A stretch of 64,000 nucleotides of DNA from an uncultured Gammaproteobacteria bacterium (GTDB lineage: Bacteria; Patescibacteriota; Microgenomatia; Daviesbacterales; UBA10151), in NCBI GenBank assembly GCA_964625535.1, contig CAZVEX010000002.1, positions 85,559 to 149,558 of the forward strand, read 5' to 3'. Below, piece after piece: positions 58,561 to 64,000 of the stretch (positions within the stretch are counted from its first letter, which is position 1; each line of letters begins with the position of its first letter). The translations under genes were made by a program, and so were the position numbers. The notes beneath the pieces are model-generated. The model did no database searches and was not told the DNA's origin. It saw only the letters and a program-made list of their open reading frames with translations.

Positions 58561-59143
58561 TCTCTCCTTCAACCGTAGTGATGCTGGAAACTCTGGCGCC
58601 AAATTGTTCTCTTTCTTTATTGATCAACCGCTCCAGCAGATTTTTAATTTCCATCGGATAATCAACAAATTTGAGCACAATTTCCCCTTTGTTTAACCCG
58701 GCGGTGTTGACAATGATTGAGCCGTGATGAAGAAGCAATCTGTCGACCACATTTTGCACCACTTCCAAATGAGTGATTTTGTCATACAGGGCGGCAGTCA
58801 GTTTAACGGAAAAAAGACCCCGTTTGATAATGACGCGTCTGGTGGTAAGCAAATATCTGTTGGCATGATATACATGCATGGTGCGAAGGATGGCCGAAAG
58901 GAGCATGGCGGATAAAGCCAGGACAGTAGCCCACGTTTTAGAAAAGCCCAACAGCCAGCCCGCGCCTAAACCAAATCCGAAAAAGATTATTCCCGGAAAA
59001 AGCAAATAGATAATAAGTTTGGAACGGATAAAAGCCTTTGATAGACCTGTAACCAAAATAAGCTCCTCGTCTTCGGAAAGGTAGGGGGAAAAGGCTTTTT
59101 TTTGCTTGGGAGTTGGGGACTCCTTGTAATGAAACTTAGCCAT
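58550..59143 (-). CDS. Bacterial PH (bPH_2) domain membrane protein
   Basis: Two TM helices, YLLTTRRVIIKRGLFS, Q...RLL..GSIIVNTAG. Confidence 0.82.
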   Translation of the reverse strand: MAKFHYKESPTPKQKKAFSPYLSEDEELILVTGLSKAFIRSKLIIYLLFPGIIFFGFGLGAGWLLGFSKTWATVLALSAMLLSAILRTMHVYHANRYLLTTRRVIIKRGLFSVKLTAALYDKITHLEVVQNVVDRLLLHHGSIIVNTAGLNKGEIVLKFVDYPMEIKNLLERLINKEREQFGARVSSITTVEGEIIS

Positions 59144-59163
59144 TAACTATATTGTAACAGATT

Positions 59164-61084
<1,921 letters not shown>

Positions 61085-61088
61085 ATTT

Positions 61089-61136
61089 TTATTCCAAAAT
61101 TGCCATTAAGTCGTCAAATTTTAATATCTTAGCCAT
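61089..61136 (-). other. Chimeric mini-[18 protein letters not shown] (GroEL start fused to GroES end)
   Basis: First 8 codons match the GroEL N-terminus and last 10 match the GroES C-terminus, overlapping at KFD. A 23-bp exact repeat occurs at 61099-61121 and 61555-61577. Confidence 0.9.
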
Positions 61137-61493
61137 TTAATATTCCTCCCCTGAAACTAAAGCATCTCCTGGTATTTCAGCTATGGACCCTCCTGCCAGA
61201 TCTATACCAACTTGACCAGATAAATCAAGTTTAAGTTCTTCTCCGGCGGAAAGCCTCACAACAAATCCAGTTCCCAGACCCAATACAGCCCTCAATGTAT
61301 GTCTTACAATTAACAGAGAGTTAAGATCTTCTGCTGCTGCTCTCATAGTTTCTGCTCTTTCCGGTAAACCGCGTACATTATCAACATCCAACTGCCTAAA
61401 ACTGTCTGCAGTGGCTTCTTGAGCCACTTGCACTTTCCCATCTATTAATTTCAGGAAGTTCTTTGCTCTTATTTCTACATTAGTTTCTGCCAT
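61137..61493 (-). CDS. Orphan hypothetical protein between groES and groEL (gene X)
   Basis: 118-aa ORF whose stop abuts the ATG of the chimeric mini-ORF. Confidence 0.6.
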   Translation of the reverse strand: MAETNVEIRAKNFLKLIDGKVQVAQEATADSFRQLDVDNVRGLPERAETMRAAAEDLNSLLIVRHTLRAVLGLGTGFVVRLSAGEELKLDLSGQVGIDLAGGSIAEIPGDALVSGEEY

Positions 61494-61513
61494 ATTTTTC
61501 CTTTTTTGTTTTT

Positions 61514-61548
61514 CCCTTTATACTTGATACATAATACTTTATACTTAT
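61514..61548. repeat. Degenerate 7-nt tandem tract at the groES stop / gene X boundary
   Basis: CCCTTTA TACTTGA TACATAA TACTTTA TACTTAT. Confidence 0.7.
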
Positions 61549-61865
61549 TCAAGTATTGCCATTAAGTCGTCAAATTTCACCAGTTTATATTCTCTTCCCT
61601 CGATTTTTATTTCATCTCCGCCCCATTTTTTATAAACCACTCTGTCCCCTACCTTAACAGGACATTTCATAACTTTGCCACCCTCCAAAACCAGATCATC
61701 CCCGCAAGAAATAACCTTTCCCTGGGCCGGTTTTTCCTGGGCGCTCTCCGGCAAGATTATACCTGATGCAGTAGTAGTCTCCGCCTCCTGCGGTTCAACA
61801 AGAACATACCCCATGAGGGGTTTAATGTTTAATTTTGAAGCTATATTCTTTTTTATCTTGACCAT
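61545..61865 (-). CDS. groS: Co-chaperonin GroES
   Basis: IKPLMGYVLVEP, TASGIILPESAQEKP, VKVGDRV. Confidence 0.97.
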   Translation of the reverse strand: MVKIKKNIASKLNIKPLMGYVLVEPQEAETTTASGIILPESAQEKPAQGKVISCGDDLVLEGGKVMKCPVKVGDRVVYKKWGGDEIKIEGREYKLVKFDDLMAILE

Positions 61866-61897
61866 GAAATTTTAAGAGGCAGTTTAAACTAACGGGT

Positions 61898-61936
61898 ATT
61901 TTACAAAAACTAGCACTACTTGTCAAGACCTGCTAA
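61898..61936 (-). promoter_or_regulatory. CIRCE-like operator enclosing the -35 box of the groES promoter
   Basis: Minus strand TTAGCAGGT-CTTGACAAG-TAGTGCTAG (61910-61936); promoter TTGACA-17-TAAAAT. Confidence 0.8.
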
Positions 61937-62728
61937 TTTTTGCTTGTAAAGAGCTAGAATTTTCCCTCTAACATCTTGGGGATGGAAATACAGCGCCCCA
62001 TCTTCTATCCGCTCCATACCTTTTGGTTGTTGCATGATCTTGAGTTGGAACCATTTAGCTATACTTTCTATAAAATCAAAAAATGATTTATGATTTATGA
62101 TTAAAGATTTATGAATATTTCTTCTCAAATCACTGGAACTAATCCAATTAGGCAAAAACTTAAAAGCCCAAGAATTATCTTCCAGATACTTTTGGTAAAC
62201 CCCTTCTCTTTGCCATAAAACTCTCATTTGCAGTACTTCATGTGCAAGATAGATATCTTTGTTTTTTTGCTCTAATCTATCTTCTTCAAGTAAAGTATTT
62301 ATACAGATTTTTCCGGCAACTCTTGTTGGCAAATCACCCCTTTTTCTTCTTTGCCCTGTTAAAATTAACAGACCTAGTACCAATAATCTGCTAATCCACA
62401 GTCTATTCTTGGCAGTAATTAAAAATAAATCTATATCATCTTTTTTCCCGGCATTATTCATCGCCAGACTCCCTGATACGCCAACCAGTTTGATCCAAGG
62501 GATAATTTTCAAAAACAGCGAAATAAACTTGGCTTTTTTTAAATATATGGCTGATTGTCTTTCTCTATATCTTCTTTTTGCTACCCGTAAATCTTTCTTC
62601 CTCAATGCCTTCTCAACTTGTCTTAAATTAGCTTTTTTCCCTATCAACCATTTGTGGACTTCCCGCAAAGTCATGGGGTAATCAAAGATGTCCGCATAAA
62701 TTAAAGTTTTTAAGATGGCCTTTTCCAT
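61916..62728 (-). CDS. Nucleotidyltransferase-fold hypothetical protein
   Basis: TLIYADIFDYP, GVSGSLA...DDIDLFLIT (GS and DxD motifs), KICIN, AHE. Confidence 0.72.
   Translation of the reverse strand: MEKAILKTLIYADIFDYPMTLREVHKWLIGKKANLRQVEKALRKKDLRVAKRRYRERQSAIYLKKAKFISLFLKIIPWIKLVGVSGSLAMNNAGKKDDIDLFLITAKNRLWISRLLVLGLLILTGQRRKRGDLPTRVAGKICINTLLEEDRLEQKNKDIYLAHEVLQMRVLWQREGVYQKYLEDNSWAFKFLPNWISSSDLRRNIHKSLIINHKSFFDFIESIAKWFQLKIMQQPKGMERIEDGALYFHPQDVRGKILALYKQKLAGLDK
62085..62119. repeat. Degenerate 7-nt tandem tract (GATTTAT family) on the template strand
   Basis: GATTTAT GATTTAT GATTAAA GATTTAT GAATATT, read as NIHKSLIINHKS on the minus strand. Confidence 0.75.
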
Positions 62729-62743
62729 GGTACAATTCTACAC

Positions 62744-63643
62744 ATGTTAATGAGTAAAATCACCACCCTGCAAATTGGCGGTGAGGCTAAAGATTTTCAA
62801 GTTGTCCATACGGAGCAGGAATTACTTGATCTGATCAAAAATAATCCGGAATTTTTAATCATTGGTGGGGGCAGTAATTTATTGGTTTCTGATAAAGGAG
62901 TAGATAAACTTGTTATTCAAAATAAAATTACTGGAATAGTCCAAAATGTAAACATTTTAACTGTCAAGTCCGGGACTATTTTGCAGAATCTAGTAGATTA
63001 TTCTATTGCCCATGGATTAGCAGGACTACAAAAATTAACCGGCATTCCCGGAACTGTGGGCGGGGCTGTTTTTGGCAGTGCCGGAGCCTATGGCCAAAGT
63101 ATTTCCGACAACATTATTTCTGTTGTCGTCCTGAGCGAGCGAAGCGAGTCGAAGGATCTCTCAAAAGATGAATGTGGCTTTGGCTACCGCGACAGCATTT
63201 TCAAGAAAAACCATGACATTATTTTAGAAGTCACTTTCCAGTTGCAGCCAGGAAATCCAAAAACTTTAGCCCAGGAGGCTAAAGAGATTTTAGCAAAAAG
63301 ATTGGTCAAATACCCCAAAGGCATAAAATGTCCGGGGTCATTTTTCAAAAACATTGTGGCAGATACTTTACCCAAAGAGATTTTAGAAAAAATCCCGACG
63401 GGAAAAATAGTTTATGGCAAACTCCCTGCAGGCAGTTTGCTGGAAGAAGTGGGAGCCAAAGGAGCGAAATTAGACGGCATAGAAATTGCCGGCTATCATG
63501 CCAATTTGTTTATAAATAAAGGTGGGGGCACTGCCAAAGCTTTTTATGATCTGGCCAGAAAATATGCCCTAGCGGTCAAACAAAAATTCGGCATAACTTT
63601 AGAACCCGAAGTCCAACTGATTAATCTACCGCCAATTGCGTGA
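62744..63643 (+). CDS. murB: UDP-N-acetylenolpyruvoylglucosamine reductase
   Basis: IGGGSNLL, GIPGTVGGA, FGYRDSIF, GSFFKN, HANLFIN, LEPEV. Confidence 0.95.
   Translation: MLMSKITTLQIGGEAKDFQVVHTEQELLDLIKNNPEFLIIGGGSNLLVSDKGVDKLVIQNKITGIVQNVNILTVKSGTILQNLVDYSIAHGLAGLQKLTGIPGTVGGAVFGSAGAYGQSISDNIISVVVLSERSESKDLSKDECGFGYRDSIFKKNHDIILEVTFQLQPGNPKTLAQEAKEILAKRLVKYPKGIKCPGSFFKNIVADTLPKEILEKIPTGKIVYGKLPAGSLLEEVGAKGAKLDGIEIAGYHANLFINKGGGTAKAFYDLARKYALAVKQKFGITLEPEVQLINLPPIA
63125..63159. repeat. REP-like element inserted in frame in murB
   Basis: GTCGTCCTGAGCGAGCGAAGCGAGTCGAAGGATCT has a TCCT...AGGA stem, is GC-rich in an AT-rich gene, and encodes VVLSERSESKDL. Confidence 0.7.
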
Positions 63644-63647
63644 TACT

Positions 63648-63932
63648 TTAAGCCAATTTGGCCCGATGTTGCAGGATATTAGCCCAGGTTAGGATATCCT
63701 CCGCCCATATTTTATTAAGTTCTATATTATTTTTGAGAGACTCAAATTTTCTTTTGAAATTTGCAAAAGTTGACTCAAATCTGTCACTTTTAGGAGTCTT
63801 TTCAAGTTTGTCCAGATAATTTTCCGTTTCCTGTAAAAATTGTTTAACCCGCTCTTTTCTTTTCTCCATGGCAAAACGGGAAATTCTTCCCAGATTAACA
63901 GCAATATTTAAAGTTAAATCCTCCGCATTCAT
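63648..63932 (-). CDS. Small helical hypothetical protein
   Basis: 94-aa ORF with ATGA overlap to the upstream gene. Confidence 0.65.
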   Translation of the reverse strand: MNAEDLTLNIAVNLGRISRFAMEKRKERVKQFLQETENYLDKLEKTPKSDRFESTFANFKRKFESLKNNIELNKIWAEDILTWANILQHRAKLA

Positions 63933-64000
63933 TTTAACAGCCTTCTGATTATTTCTTCCATCTTTTTTCTAATATTTTGCGATAACACCTCTCTGCTGGG
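63929..64000 (-). CDS. 3' end of a gene running off the window
   Basis: Frame ...PSREVLSQNIRKKMEEIIRRLLK*, whose TGA overlaps the next ATG. Confidence 0.5.
   Translation of the reverse strand, partial: PSREVLSQNIRKKMEEIIRRLLK

Overview
This is a gene-dense, AT-rich bacterial core-genome segment using the standard code (TGA is stop). It most likely comes from Patescibacteria/CPR, Microgenomates-like. That assignment is inferred from the short IF2, AlaRS and MetRS, the protease-less Lon module, the FtsA-like/baseplate-J-like membrane protein beside a sortase and ruvX, and a divergent RpoB. Contents: the 5' part of rpoB, mltG, ruvX, alaS, ftsK, rnj, pnp, rpsO, infB, nusA, hrcA-grpE-dnaK-dnaJ, lepA, murJ, rpsT, pilN/pilO-like genes, holA, tpiA, pcrA, sbcCD, metG, tatD, a surface-glycan gene cluster, groES/groEL and murB. 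No rRNA, tRNA, CRISPR array, transposase or integrase was seen. Five signals are not explained by the gene list. (1) At least nine tracts of about 35 bp with 7-nt periodicity, from several sequence families, are written into loops of unrelated housekeeping genes in either orientation and at one cassette boundary. (2) Two orphan genes sit between groES and groEL, separated by a 15-codon GroEL-start/GroES-end chimera that looks like a recombination scar. (3) Short REP-like palindromes are inserted in frame in three genes. (4) A deletion scar fuses a truncated PPOX-like gene to the 3' end of gcvPB. (5) Many genes have a -10 box 6-7 nt before the start codon, which suggests leaderless mRNAs. All product calls come from motif recognition by eye; no database searches were run.
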